Positions 1 to 12,082 of a stretch of DNA of 64,000 bases are shown here, in pieces. The notes below the pieces were generated by a model that saw only the letters and a list, made by a program, of their open reading frames with translations, did no database searches and was not told where the DNA came from. Source of the stretch: Malacoraja senta (Eukaryota). Positions within the stretch are counted from its first letter, which is position 1, and each line of letters opens with the position of its first letter. The translations under genes were made by a program, and so were the position numbers. The DNA lies in contig CM075988.1 in the NCBI GenBank assembly GCA_038087875.1, positions 17,858,001-17,922,000 of the forward strand. The letters run 5' to 3'.

Positions 1-703
1 AGAAAATGATGGAATGAATACTTTATTGTCACATGTTACAAGTCACAATGATATTCTTTGTTTTGCATACCTTGGGTATGCAAAGAGGCACCACCTAAAG
101 GGTGCCGACGAAGTTACAAAGTATCCCACACCAGGTCCTCTTGCGTTCTCCCCCCCTCCCCTCCCGGCAGTCCCCCCACGCCGGCTCCTCCTTTGTAGCA
201 GCTGTGCGTCCACTCCTCTGCTGGAGTGTTCCACCTCACCGTGCGCCCAGCTCCAAAACGAAGGCGGAGGATCGAGGCAATCACATCTCCTCTCTTGTCT
301 CATGCCAAGCATTGGTGCGGACACCAGCAAGGAAATATATTCCTGGAGTATATTTCCCCACTGCTGGTTCATTATTTAAACAAGCTGATGAGTCTTCGTA
401 AACAGGGATTTAAAAATAGAATTACAGCTTAAATCATCAACTGGTGATGATTTTAAAATCTTAAGTGGGCTGTAGAGAAACAACTAAGTCACAGATGACT
501 CAATTCTCCAGCGATTGCAGTGGCCATGAGAGGCACAGTGTTCAGTTCTGGTCAGGGCCAGTGACAGGGGTACAATCTACACGAGGAAAGGTCACCAAAC
601 AGAAACATATTTGTCAGCACTGTGTCTCCTCAGTGTTCAAACGATTTAATGATCATTTTATGATTCATACGAGGCAAAAATTCTAAAGAAACCAATAGCT
701 GTT

Positions 704-705
<2 letters not shown>

Positions 706-737
<32 letters not shown>
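706..737. repeat. (CT)n microsatellite
   Basis: Direct reading. Confidence 0.9.
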
Positions 738-739
<2 letters not shown>

Positions 740-971
740 CTCATCCATCTCAGATGATCATCCTGATAACCCAAATCTGCCACAGTTGACCGATCCTTTT
801 CACAAACCACTAACGTCTACAGGTCTCGGGGTTTGGATTTCTCATCCAGGTTCTGAAGACTCGGCCACAGTCTGAGGCTCCACGACAAGAACATGCTCCC
901 TCCTCACCTTCACTGAGACCTTTCAAAAGACCCTTTCCATTTTACTCTTTCCCCATTTCCTATTTAAACTC

Positions 972-1078
972 GAAGGTAGACACCAAATGCTGGAGTAACT
1001 CAGCGGGTGAGGCAGCATCTCTGGAGAGACAGAACGGGCAATGTTTTAGGTCGAGACCCTTCTTCAGACTGATCTTAC
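972..1078 (-). mobile_element. Short Penelope terminal module with a degenerate hammerhead-like core, 14-bp TSD
   Basis: TCCTATTTAAACTC at 958-971 and 1079-1092; the insert matches the 3' end of the Penelope at 31993-33965. Confidence 0.8.
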
Positions 1079-4000
1079 TCCTATTTAAACTCACTTGCCC
1101 ATTATTTTCCGTACTCCGAAGCATCTCACCCAAAGGTGGAGGGGGCATACAGCACTTGGTGTCCTTTTTTGTAAACCAGCATGTATGATTCCTTGTTTCG
1201 AGGTGGTGTGGGGATTCTCAAACTGCCAGACGGTGGCCATTTGCTGTTTGCTACTTTACTGCCACATTGCAACAGGGACGGAGAGTGAAGATTAGTTCCT
1301 TCTCGCGGTGTCTGAGAGTGAGGTGTAAGCTATTGACACCTCTGTCCTTGCTCCACCAACCTGCCCGACCACAGAACCACTGTTCTACCACGGCCCATCT
1401 CCAGCCAAGAAAACACTAGTGAACAGAAGGTGCGTTTCAACGTGGAGGGGTGATCTCCACACTCTGCCGAAGCGAGTAAATTGACCGGGCAGATCTCACC
1501 GTGATCAGGCATCAACACTGAGGTTGCCACGGCACAAGTGTGGCGTGCAGATGAGGTCTGTCGCCATGGTAACACAGCGCACTCCCACTGCACAGCCTTT
1601 CGTTCGAGCTCAGAGCCTTGTTCCTTTCTCCTGCTCAGAGGCGGCAGCTTGCAGTGTGAGAGTCATGGAGTCATCGAGTGACACCATGGGGAAGAAGATA
1701 CAGGAGCCTGAGAGCCATGACCTCCAGGTTCAAGAACAGCTTCTTCTTCCCAGCAACCATCAGCCTCTTGAACACTACACAACACTAACCTCGAGTCACA
1801 GAGTCACACAGCGGGGAAAGAGGCTCACACCGCCCAACATGTCTCCGCTACACTAGTCCCACCTGTCCGGGTTTGGCCCATATCCCTCCAAACCCGTCAT
1901 ATCCATATACCTGTCTAACTGCTCCTTACATGTTGGGAGCTGACTGTGTGACCGATTGCCCAGCTGACTAAACTGCACCCCCCCCCCCTCCCTCCTGCAC
2001 TGGAGACCCTCAACTGGTCAGGCAACATCTGTTCAGCAAGAACCAGAGTAGGTGGTGACCTTTAGCAGAAGGCTAGTGTAGTCCTGGTCTAAGCAAGAGA
2101 TGCAGGGCAGCAGGGCAGCAGGCACCTCTTTTCCTTTATTCTAATATCTCACAATTCCAGAACTTAATTTTCCTCTCCTCCTTCTTCTCCCTTTATTTAC
2201 ACCTCCCCCAATCATTCCAGGTGTGGGAATGTCTGCCCCACCCTCAGGCCGCTAGAAGCACCACCCGCAGCGTCATTCACTCACTCATGGTTTCCACTCC
2301 ACCAAAGACATTCTTTGTTCTCTCCGCCCCTCCCCTTACTCCAAAGCCAAGCATGTTGTTGATTTCCAAAGATCAGACACAAAGGTCTGCAGGAACTCAG
2401 CGGGTCAGGCAACATCTCTGGAGAAAACGGATGGGTGACATTTTGGGTCAGGACCTTTCTTTAGACTGGAAGAATCTTGGATGGAACTGGTGGGAAGAAA
2501 AGGCCAGAACAAAGCTGGGCCATCACCAGACCGTCAACCAAACTACAAACCCTTCCCCTGTAAACCAAATGACATTGTTTCATTCCTGGACCCAGTCAAA
2601 CAGTAACAAGGGATGTCGGCATGCGTGCATTCTCAAAGATCTAGCAGTCGGTATTTACATCCAACCACCAACAAGCAGTCTGTACTCTCAATGCTAATTA
2701 CAAAGGAACTAAATCCTTAAAATTGTACATCTATTCATTTCAGCATTTAGCGGCAGTGATTGCTGAAACAGAGAACCAGTTCTGGCACTTGAGTGGAATA
2801 TTTGAAGGACAGTGAAAATTGACCAGGTTTAGTTTTAACTCAGTGCTGACTATTACGATACAATGTGCATCTGTACACTACTTCTTGACGTGACAATAGT
2901 TCACCACAATACAGGATTGTTGAACTTCACTGACGAGACACTTCAGGGGATGGGGAGTGGACAACGACATTGCCAGCAATGACAGATAAAAACATGGATG
3001 ATTGCCATAGAGATGCAAAGCTTTTATTAATGAGGTTTGAGTGATGTAAAGATGGTGAACGTGGTTTCAATGTCCAGGAGTGAAGCCTAGATCCCTGATA
3101 GTTACAGTTAACTAAAGCAGTGAAAACTGAGACAAGAGGGCAGAATTGGATCATACAAGGGTTGGAAGAGGTTTTTCCAGAGATGCTGCCTGACCCTGCA
3201 GCACTTTATGCCTATCTTCAGTATAAACCAGCATCTACAGTTCCTTCCTACACATTGTGGACTTCCAGTTCTTCCTCCCTCTGAAAATACTTTGACTGAG
3301 ATATGACCTGTGTGTTTCTCTCTACAGTTACTGCCTCATCTGTGGAGCTTTCTCTGTGTTTGTTGCAGATTTCCTCAACTATATTTTTTGCTTTTTAGCT
3401 AGGAATTCCTCCTGTCTCACGTGAAGTAAATGTGGAATTCTGTATCACGGTGAGCTGCAAATCAGGTTCACGATTAGCTGCTCCCAGCACATTTAATGCA
3501 GAGAAGAAAAGCCCACTAGTCATCAGCTGATGTGTTCCTTCATTTGAAGTCTTGCTCAACAACTTTACAAGAAATGCTGAAGCCCAAGGCTGGCTGGCAC
3601 GCAACTAACAGAGAGGAGCGAACTCCAAGCAGAGGGGAGGAGGAGGAGGAAGAATACTTCAAGCTGTGCAGCGTCGGATAGTTCATAGCAGTTCAAGCGC
3701 AGATTCTTGAATGACATCCATATCCAGTCCTTCACCACCTGTCTGAAGGGTCCTGACCTGAATGGTCTCCCATCCTTTTTCTACAGAAATGCTGCCTGAC
3801 CCGCCGAGTTACTCCAGCACTTTGTGTCTATCTTCAGTATAAACCACCATCTGCAGTTCTTCAGCACGTTACGTTGGTCACAGGTTAACTGTGAGTGTGC
3901 TGGTTATTCAGTGGTGGAGTAGTGTGCTAAAGCAGTACCATCATGTACCGAACCCAATTACCACCAACCCTGGTCGTGTGGCAAATAAAGTTTCTATTCT

Positions 4001-4174
4001 ATTCTATTCTATTCTAGTAAACCTCTGACTACAGACTCTCCAGACGTGCTGCCTGACCCGCTGAGTCACTCCAGCACTTTGTGCCTATCTTCAGTACAAA
4101 CTAGCATTGCAGTTCCGTCCTACACTGTAGACTGTCCACCAGGAGTAGTGTTCCACACTACCTACACCAGGGTG

Positions 4175-4620
4175 ACCAAAACTCCTCTACATCGGTGAAA
4201 CCAAGCGTAGACTTGGCGACCGTTTCACTGAACACTCGCACTCGGTCCACCAGGGACTGCTGGATCTCGCGGTTGCCAACCATTTTAACTCCCCTTCCTA
4301 TTCCCATACTGACCTTTCTGTCCTGTCCCTCCTCTATTGCCAGAGTGATGCCACACGCAAGATGGAGGAACAGCACCTCATATTTCACTTGGGTAACTTA
4401 CAACTTAATGGCATGAATATTGAATTTTCCAACTTTAAGTAATAACCCCACCCCTTTGTTCCTTTCCTCTGACCTCACTCATCCTGGTGTGTTCCCATTT
4501 CTCCCAACATATCCCACCTGTCCCAATCACCATGCTCCCTTCCCCTCTTTCACACACTCATCTCCCATCCCCAAGAACCCAACTCCTTTTTATCCTCCTC
4601 TTTCACCTTCCCAATGTAAA
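4175..4620 (+). mobile_element. Decayed Penelope 3' fragment (end of GIY-YIG domain plus pyrimidine-rich UTR)
   Basis: Similar to 33530-33850 (acatcggtgaaaccaagcgtagacttggcgaccg...gaggaacagcacctcatattt). Confidence 0.75.
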
Positions 4621-4968
4621 TTGTCCCTAGTGTGTGTAGGAACATGTTAATATGTGGGGATCGCTGGTCGGCGCGGACTCGGTGGGCCAAAGGGCCTGTT
4701 TCCGCGTTATATCTCTAAACTAAACTAAATTAAACTAAACGGCCTAATTTCTGTGTAGGAAGGAATTACAGATGCTGGTTTACACCGAAGATAGACGCAA
4801 ACGGCTGGTAACTCAGCGGGAACAGGCAGCATCTATGGTGCAAAAGGAGTAGGTGATATTTCGGGTGGAGACTCTTCTTCTGACCCAAGAGTCTCGACTC
4901 GAAACGTCACCTATTCCTTATCTCTAGACCCGCTCAGAGTTACTCCATCATTTTGTGTCTATCTTTGG

Positions 4969-5512
4969 CAGGGTTGCCAAATGTCCCGTATTAGCCGGGA
5001 CATCCCGTAGATTGGGCTAAATTGGTTTGTCCCATACGGGACCGCCCTTGTCCGTATTTGACTGCTACTACTCGGGTCGAGGGGACTGTCGGGTCGGAGC
5101 GCCGCGTCCGGCCCTGCCTCACCCGTCCCGACGTAGTGTAGCCCATGGAGTGCAGCAGCAGCGTCTCGCCCGTGGCCCCGTCGGTCGGCAGCCCGGCCAG
5201 CTGTCCGACCTTTGGACCTTCGCTTACCGCCGACACCACCACCCCTCCTTCTCATGGCCGACCATCGGTTCATGAGTTGGATGGGGTGCCGGACTTTGCG
5301 TGCAGCAGAAGACAAAGCCCAGCCGGCCCGGCCAGCCAGCTGAGGAGTTTTTGCCCAGGCCTGCCAGCTGGGCTTTGTGTGCAGTCCAGCACCCGGGCCA
5401 ACTCATCATTCACTCAGCCACGGCCGAGTCGGTCAACGAATTGCCATCAGGAATTTGTCCCCTATTTTAACCTCTAGTCCCTTGTTTGGGAGTGAGAAAG
5501 TTGGAAACCCTA
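4969..5512. mobile_element. Non-autonomous hAT (Blackjack-like) MITE, 544 bp, GC-rich
   Basis: Termini CAGGGTTGCCAA...TTGGAAACCCTA are imperfect TIRs; 8-bp TSD ATCTTTGG (4961-4968) / ATCTTCGG (5513-5520). Confidence 0.75.
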
Positions 5513-5651
5513 ATCTTCGGCCTAACTTCCACACTCAACTCCACAGTCCGCTGGACACTGAGGGGAAGTTACATAACATTGCCGCTGAACTGAAAGCAGC
5601 CAGAACCAGACAGGGAGCCTCAAGACCAATATGCCCTCGGGTAACAGCACG

Positions 5652-5900
5652 CAACAGGAAGGCAGATTACTATCTAAATGGCGTCAAGTTGGGAAAAGGG
5701 GAAGTACAACGGGATCTGGGGGTCCTTGAACATCAGTCTATGAAAGTAAGCATGCAGGTACAGCAGGCAGTGAAGAAAGCGAATGGCATGTTGGCCTTTA
5801 TAACAAGAGGAATCAAATATAGGAGCAAAGAGGTCCTTCTGCAGTTGTACAGAGCCCTAGTGAGACCACACCTGGAGTATTGTGTGCTGTTTTGGTCCCC
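5652..5900 (+). mobile_element. CR1 LINE ORF2 fragment running into the assembly gap
   Basis: Translation QRDLGV...QVQQAVKKANGMLAFI.RGI.YRSKEVLLQLYRALVRPHLEYCV.FWS, typical of CR1 RT C-terminus. Confidence 0.88.
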
Positions 5901-6100
5901 NNNNNNNNNNNNNNNNNNNNNNNNNNNNNNNNNNNNNNNNNNNNNNNNNNNNNNNNNNNNNNNNNNNNNNNNNNNNNNNNNNNNNNNNNNNNNNNNNNNN
6001 NNNNNNNNNNNNNNNNNNNNNNNNNNNNNNNNNNNNNNNNNNNNNNNNNNNNNNNNNNNNNNNNNNNNNNNNNNNNNNNNNNNNNNNNNNNNNNNNNNNN
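5901..6100. other. Assembly gap (200 N)
   Basis: Run of exactly 200 N. Confidence 1.
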
Positions 6101-6185
6101 GTCTCACCAAGACCCTGTACAACTGCAGTAGAACCTCCCTGCTCCTATACTCAAATCCTCTTGCTATGAAGGCCAACATACCATT
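6101..6185 (-). mobile_element. CR1 LINE ORF2 fragment, opposite orientation to the one left of the gap
   Basis: Translation NGMLAFIARGFEYRSREVLLQLYRVLVR. Confidence 0.85.
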
Positions 6186-6599
6186 CATATTTAACAAGTT
6201 TATTTTTGGAAGCTGCTCCTGAATCTCTGTCTACCACCCAATCCAACCAACTGAATGCCGATATAAATGTCACTTGCCTACCCCACAGCAGAATCATGAG
6301 TCATGGACTCCCTCTGTCACGACTGATTTGTGTGTAAATCACAGACAAAAGCTTGAAAGCATTGTCTCACCAGATTCAGGAACAGCTTTTGATTTAATTG
6401 ATTGAAAGATACAACATGGAAACAGGCCCTTCGGCCCACCGAGTCCACGCCGATAACCCGTTCACACCTGTTCTATGTTATCCCACTTTCTCATCCACTC
6501 CCTGCACACCAGGGGAATTTAGAGAGGGCCAAATTAACCTACACGTCTTTGGGACATGGGAGGAAACTGGAGCATCTTGCGGTCACAGGGAGCACGGTG

Positions 6600-8888
6600 C
6601 AACATGTTAAATGCCCAACTCGAGGGGAAAACACACTAGACTGTGTTTATTCTAACATTCCTAAAGGTTACAGAGCCTTACCCCCTCCCCCCCCCTTGGA
6701 CAGTCAGACCACCAGTCATTGTTGTTAATCCCAGCCTACATCCCCATCAGTAGAAAGCAGAAACCCACTACCAGGATCATTAAAACTTGGCCAGAGGATG
6801 CAACCTTACAACTGCAGGACTGCTTTCAGAGCACAGACTGGAGTCTATTTTATAACCAGGACCTAGAAGAGTACGCTGCAGCAGTACTCTTCTACATCAG
6901 ATGTTGTGTGGAATGTGTCACCATCAACAAGTGCATCCGTGTCTTTCCGAACAGGAAACCATGGATGACTACGGAGGTCCAGCGTCTTCTGAAGGAGCGG
7001 GACTTGGCCCACAAATCTGGCAACAAAGAACTGTACAGCGCTGCCTGCCAGACACAACCTTAAGCGGGGCATTAAATCAGCTAAAATGTCCTACAAGGAG
7101 AAGATCGAGGACCATTTCACCTCCAGGGATACAGCACGCATGTGGCAGGGAATACATCACCTAACAAACCTCAGGGGCAGCAGGACCCACCGGCAGCTGC
7201 AAATACATCGCTGGCAGAGGAGCTCAACCACTTTTTTGCCCGTTCCGAGAGAGGTCCGAATGAAAGAACCTCTCTCCAACTGGACCCTGTTGACCAGCCA
7301 CTTACCCTCCAGTTAGAGGAGGTAAAGCGGGCCCTGAGAACTGTTAATGCTAGTAAGGCTGCTGGCCCGGATGAGATCCCAGGCAGGGCGCTCCGGGACT
7401 GTGCTCACCAGCTCGCTGGGGTATTCACAGACATTTTTAACCCTTTCCCTAGCACACTCCTCCGTGCCAACGTGCCTGAAAACCACCACTATCATCCCGG
7501 TGCCCAAGCAGACAAACATCAACTCCCTCAATGACTACAGGCACGTTGCTCTTACATCTGTAGTCTCCAAGTGCTTTGAAAGGCTGGTCCTAGGTCACCT
7601 TAAATTATCTCTCCCCCCCTCACTCGACCCACACCAGTATGCGTATAGGGCTAATAGATCTACAGAGGGATGCCATAAGCACTGTCCTCCATGCTGCACT
7701 ACAACACCTAGAGGAGAAGGGGTCATATGTCAGGATGCTTTTTGTTGATTACAGCTCGGCTTTTAATACAATCATACCCAGCAAGCTGATCACAAAAATG
7801 CTAGACCTTGGCCTCAGCAGTCAACTGTGTCGGTGGATATTGGACTTTCTCAGTGAACGCCCACAGACGGTGAGACTCGGACCCTACACCTCGACATCCC
7901 TGACCCTCAGCACAGGAGCACCGCAGGCTGTGTGCTCAGTCCGCTCCTCTACGCCCTATGCGCACATGACTGCTTGCCCCATCACCCCGCAAATAGGATC
8001 ATAAAATTTGCGGACGATACAACCGTGGTGGGGCTCATCTCAAATGGGAACGAGGACGCCTATAGAGAGGAGGTGCACAGACCTTTCTGAGTGGTGTGCT
8101 CACAACAATCTCTCTCTGAACACTAAAATACAAAGGAGATCATCACTGATTTCAGGCGACATAGAGCGGAGCTCAGGCCACTGGAGATAGGGGGCGAGGA
8201 GGTGGAGAGGGTGCCTAGTTTTAAATTTCTGGGGATCAACATCAGTGAGGATCTTAAATGGTCTGTGAACTCTGCTGTAGTTGTAAAAAAGGCGCAACAG
8301 AGACTTTACTTCCTCAGAACACTGAGGAAGGCCCATCTGTCTGCTAAACTGCTGGAGTCTTTCTACCGCTGTTCGGTAGAAAGCATACTGACTTACTGCA
8401 TAACTACCTGGTTTGGGAACTGTTCAGCAGCTGTCAGAGCAGCTCTCCAGAGGGTGATAAAAACTGCCCAGGGTATCATTGGACTCCCCCTGCCCGCTCT
8501 GGAGAACATTTACCACTCCAGATGCTGCAGCAGGACCTGTAATATCGTGAAAGACATTACACATCCTTGTCACCACCTTTTCACACTGCTGCCCTCAGGA
8601 AAACGGTACAGGTCGCTAAAGTCACGCACTGCCCAGACTCAAGAACAGCTTTTATCCATCAGCAATCTTGGAACTGAACTCTGTCTCGGGAGCGGTTATG
8701 GGGGGAAGGAGGGGGGTGGGAGACAGTGTTAATTTATGTAAATTGGAATCCATGGGTGGGTTTGTGGAGGGAGGGAGTGTAAAAAGTTTGAGTATGTAAA
8801 TGTTTGAAGTTCTTTTAAATGGAGAGACACAGTAATCTCGTTGTATGTGACACATGCAATGACAATAAAGCATTCTGATTCTGATTCT
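6600..8888 (+). mobile_element. Rex1/Babar-like LINE, 5'-truncated, multiply frameshifted (end of endonuclease, RT, C-terminal domain)
   Basis: Successive ORF pieces [103 protein letters not shown]; tail aataaag(cattct/gattct)n. It interrupts a SINE whose halves lie at ~6400-6600 and ~8888-8945. Confidence 0.88.
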
Positions 8889-9151
8889 CCACACAGACAG
8901 CACCTGAGATCAGGGTCTCTGGTGCTGTGCGGCAGCAGTTCTACCATCTAAGGCATTTCCCCATTGTTATCAGGCTACTGAATGGTCCTCCCGTCAGTTG
9001 GACTTTAGTCCTGATTCTCAAAATACTTCATCATGGACTTTTCCCTCAGTAACTCTAACGCTATAATGTTGTCACACTGCAGTCTGCAGTCTGGTACTTT
9101 TGCACTTTGCGCTGTACTTGTGCGTGGCTGCTTGTACTTATGTAGAGTATA

Positions 9152-9676
9152 GGCTCTGTCTCACGGTGTTGCGGTCATCGGCGGTGAAGCGCGGCGTCGC
9201 CGGTAGAGGGGACCGCACGGCAACGGCGAGAGTGCCGAGCCTATGCCGCGGGAGCGCCGCACGGGTGCTGCGCGGGGACCGAGTGATTTAAGTACGGCTG
9301 GTCCCACGAGCTTGCGGTAAGTAAAAAAAAAGGGCGGGCCGACTGCGATGACGTCATTTCAGATCTGCGGGGCTGTGGCGGCGGCAGTGCTGATCGCGGC
9401 GCTGTGGCGGTGCAAGTTCGACGCACGGCGCTCGTGCCGCACTGGCGGTGGCTGTGGTGGTGACCGTGCCGCACTCGTGCCCCACTGGCGGCGGCTGTGC
9501 GGTAGGAAAATATTTTTGAACAGTGTTGGTTTTATTTTAGCACCGTGCGGTGTTGGGAACAACGCCGCACGGCCCCGGCGGTGGGCGTTTGACCGAGCCC
9601 GCGGTCTCTGGCGGCCCAGGAGCGGTAGATTGTTCCTGTTTTGCCGCCAATGACCGCAGACTCGTGAGACAGGCCT
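9152..9676. mobile_element. GC/CpG-rich non-autonomous DNA transposon, probably a PIF/Harbinger MITE
   Basis: About 33-bp imperfect TIRs (ggctctgtctcacggtgttgcggtcatcggcgg / ccgccaatgaccgcagactcgtgagacaggcct); flanks ATA/TTA fit a TWA TSD with one mismatch. Confidence 0.65.
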
Positions 9677-9685
9677 TTATGATGT

Positions 9686-9892
9686 GTGTAGGAAGGAACT
9701 GCAGATGCTGGCTTAAACCGAAGATAGACACAAAAAGCTGGGGTAACTCAGCGGGACAGGCAGCATCTCTGGAGAGAAGGAATGGGTGACAGTTCGGGTC
9801 TGAAGAAGGTTCTCGACCCGAAACGTTACCCGTTCCTTCTCTCCAGAGATGCTGCCTGTCCCGCTGAGTTACTCCAGCATTTTGTGCCTATC
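9686..9892. mobile_element. Inverted (hairpin) pair of Penelope terminal modules
   Basis: Minus-strand module 9686-9799 abuts plus-strand module 9800-9892; the arms are near-perfect reverse complements. Confidence 0.8.
9795..9832 (+). ncRNA. Putative minimal type I hammerhead ribozyme motif
   Basis: CGGGU-CUGAAGA-A-GGUUCUCGACCC-GAAA-CGUU-ACCCG: 5-bp stem I, conserved core, stem II hairpin, palindromic ACGU stem III. Activity is not demonstrated. Confidence 0.6.
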
Positions 9893-10049
9893 TATAGTAT
9901 GATTTGACTGGATAGCTCACAAACAAAAGCTTTCCACTGCATCTTGGTCGGAACACTTGACAAGAATAAATCAATACCCGACGCCTCCCTGCTACTTGTA
10001 CAGAGATGGCAATTTTATTTGTGTTTTGTAAATTTATTTTCAATACAAT

Positions 10050-10392
10050 CCAGAACCAGGGGCCACCGTCTAAGAATAAAGGGGAGGCCATTTAAAACTG
10101 AGATGAGAAAAAAACGTTTTCATCCAGAGAGTTGTGAATTTGTGGAAATCTCTGCCACGGAAGGCAGTGGAGGCCAACTCACTGGATGAATTTAAAAGAG
10201 AGTTAGATAGAGTTCTTGGTTCTTGGTTTCTTGGTCCTCCAAAATATTCCAAATGGAATTTAAACTGGAGGTGGTTCAAGGGGCTAGCGGAATCAAGGGA
10301 TATGGGGAGAAGGCAGGCAATTATCACAATGAATGGCGGTGCAGGCTCGAAGGGCCAAATGGCCTCCTCCTGCACCTATTTTCTATGTTACT
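10050..10392 (+). mobile_element. CR1 LINE 3' end fragment
   Basis: SRTRGHRLRIKGRPFKTEMRK..., RVVNLWKSLP; 3' stem-loop gaagggccaaatggcctcc and ttctatg tail. Confidence 0.8.
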
Positions 10393-11323
10393 ATATAATC
10401 TTGTCTGAATGGGGACATTACATGTGTGGAGAACAAAGTAACCGATGCAATAGAGGGCGTGGCTTGAGATGGATATGTAGGATCGCTCAGCATCTGCACC
10501 TGCAGCCAAGTGGGTGAACCACCTGAGGTGTCGCAGACAGCTGGTCCCAGAGAATACCTGCCTTTGCAGCTACTTATCCCTTTAAAGGACTGCTGCAATA
10601 TTTCTCTACCCCGTCAGTGCACCACTCTGTCCAGCAGCTCTATCACCTGCCAGGCAGAGGGAGGATGTCCCTGGGGCTTGTTGAGGCACCAGGAGAGAAG
10701 CACTGGGTCAGGCTGAGCATGCAGTGGATTTGTTTTACATACAAGTCTCCCATATGTTTAGAAAATGGATCTTTCTCAGCAGGGAGGTAATTTGTCAAAA
10801 GCAGAGTAACCAAGGCACAGAGCAAGATTTCATAGAAACATATAGAAACATAGAAAATAGGTGCAGGAGTAGACCATTCGGCCCTTCGAGCCAGCACCGC
10901 CATTCAATATGATCATGGCTGATCATCCAAAATCAGTACCCCGTTCCTGCTTCCTCCCCGTCGCCCTTGATTCTGTTAGCCCTATGAGCTATATCTAACT
11001 CTCTCTTGAAAACATCCAGTGAATTGGCCTCCACTGCCTTCGGTGGCAGAGAATTCCGCAGATTGACAGTTTCAGTGGAGAAGCTGAGGCAGTGATGAGC
11101 GCAGGATCCCATTGTTACTGGATGCTGACTCAGCTGCCGGACCAGATAGTGCAAACATAAATGTGACAACGGGTAACAATGCCAGAATAAGTTGGCACAT
11201 ACAACAGCCCATCAGACATAGAGCTCCAGCAAGTCAGACAGCAGACCCAACAGCAGCAGTATCAGAGACCACACAGCAACGTCACTGCCTCTCTTGGGAA
11301 GCAGAGATTGGGTACAGGTTAAA

Positions 11324-11622
11324 CTTTAGACTTTAGAGATATAGTGTGGAAACAGGCCCTTTTGCCCACCAAGTCTGCAATGATCAGTGATCACCACATA
11401 CACTAACCTACACACATTAGGGTCAATTTTACAACTTACTGAAGCCAATTAACACATAAACCTGCACGTCTTTAGAGTGTGGGAGGAAACCGAACACCCG
11501 GAGAAAACCCACGTGGTCACGGGGAGAACGTACAAACTCCGTACAGACAGCACCCGTAGTCAGGATCGAACCCGGGTTTCTGACACTGTGGGGCAGCAAC
11601 TCTACCACTGCGCCACCGTGCC
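11324..11622 (-). mobile_element. tRNA-derived SINE (HE1/V-SINE-like)
   Basis: Reverse complement shows A-box TGGCGCAGTGG and B-box GGTTCGATCC, shared body and CR1-like tail. Confidence 0.85.
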
Positions 11623-12082
11623 GATGCTTGACCTGACTGCAGCCAGTCCAAGTTCAAGTCCCAAGAATTCCTGCCTTTCTTCCACACCAGACATAAACGA
11701 TTTACACAAATATACCCATTACTCACACAGTCAAGAAGGGAGAACACAGTACGTCAAAAAAATCACAGAGACCCGGATGAAGAACTGAGTTAGACTGATG
11801 CAGGTCGAGCCAGTATGATCCAAACATACACGCTGACGCAAGACAGCATCAGGGTCTGGATCTCATGACAAACCCAATTAAATAACCCACCACCACCCCC
11901 TGCACCCCACTGGCACAGTGCATTGAGTCAACCCCACTGCCCGAGACATCTCCTTACCATGAAGAGTTGAGCTGCAGGGCATTGAAAATATCACAAATTC
12001 TTTCGATTAAAGTCTATGCTGACATTTAAGAAGCCACTTAAAAGAAGCAAAAGTTTTGTCACTTCACGGGACGTGGGCTCAC

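Noticed and set aside
2927..3154. ORF containing LKPR as a candidate ALG9 terminal exon
   Set aside because: Only four residues match; the LLRAFY.PF motif is missing.
4959..5477. GC-rich ORFs of 80-118 aa (also 9241-9653)
   Set aside because: They lie inside MITEs; stop-poor frames follow from GC content and show no recognisable domain.
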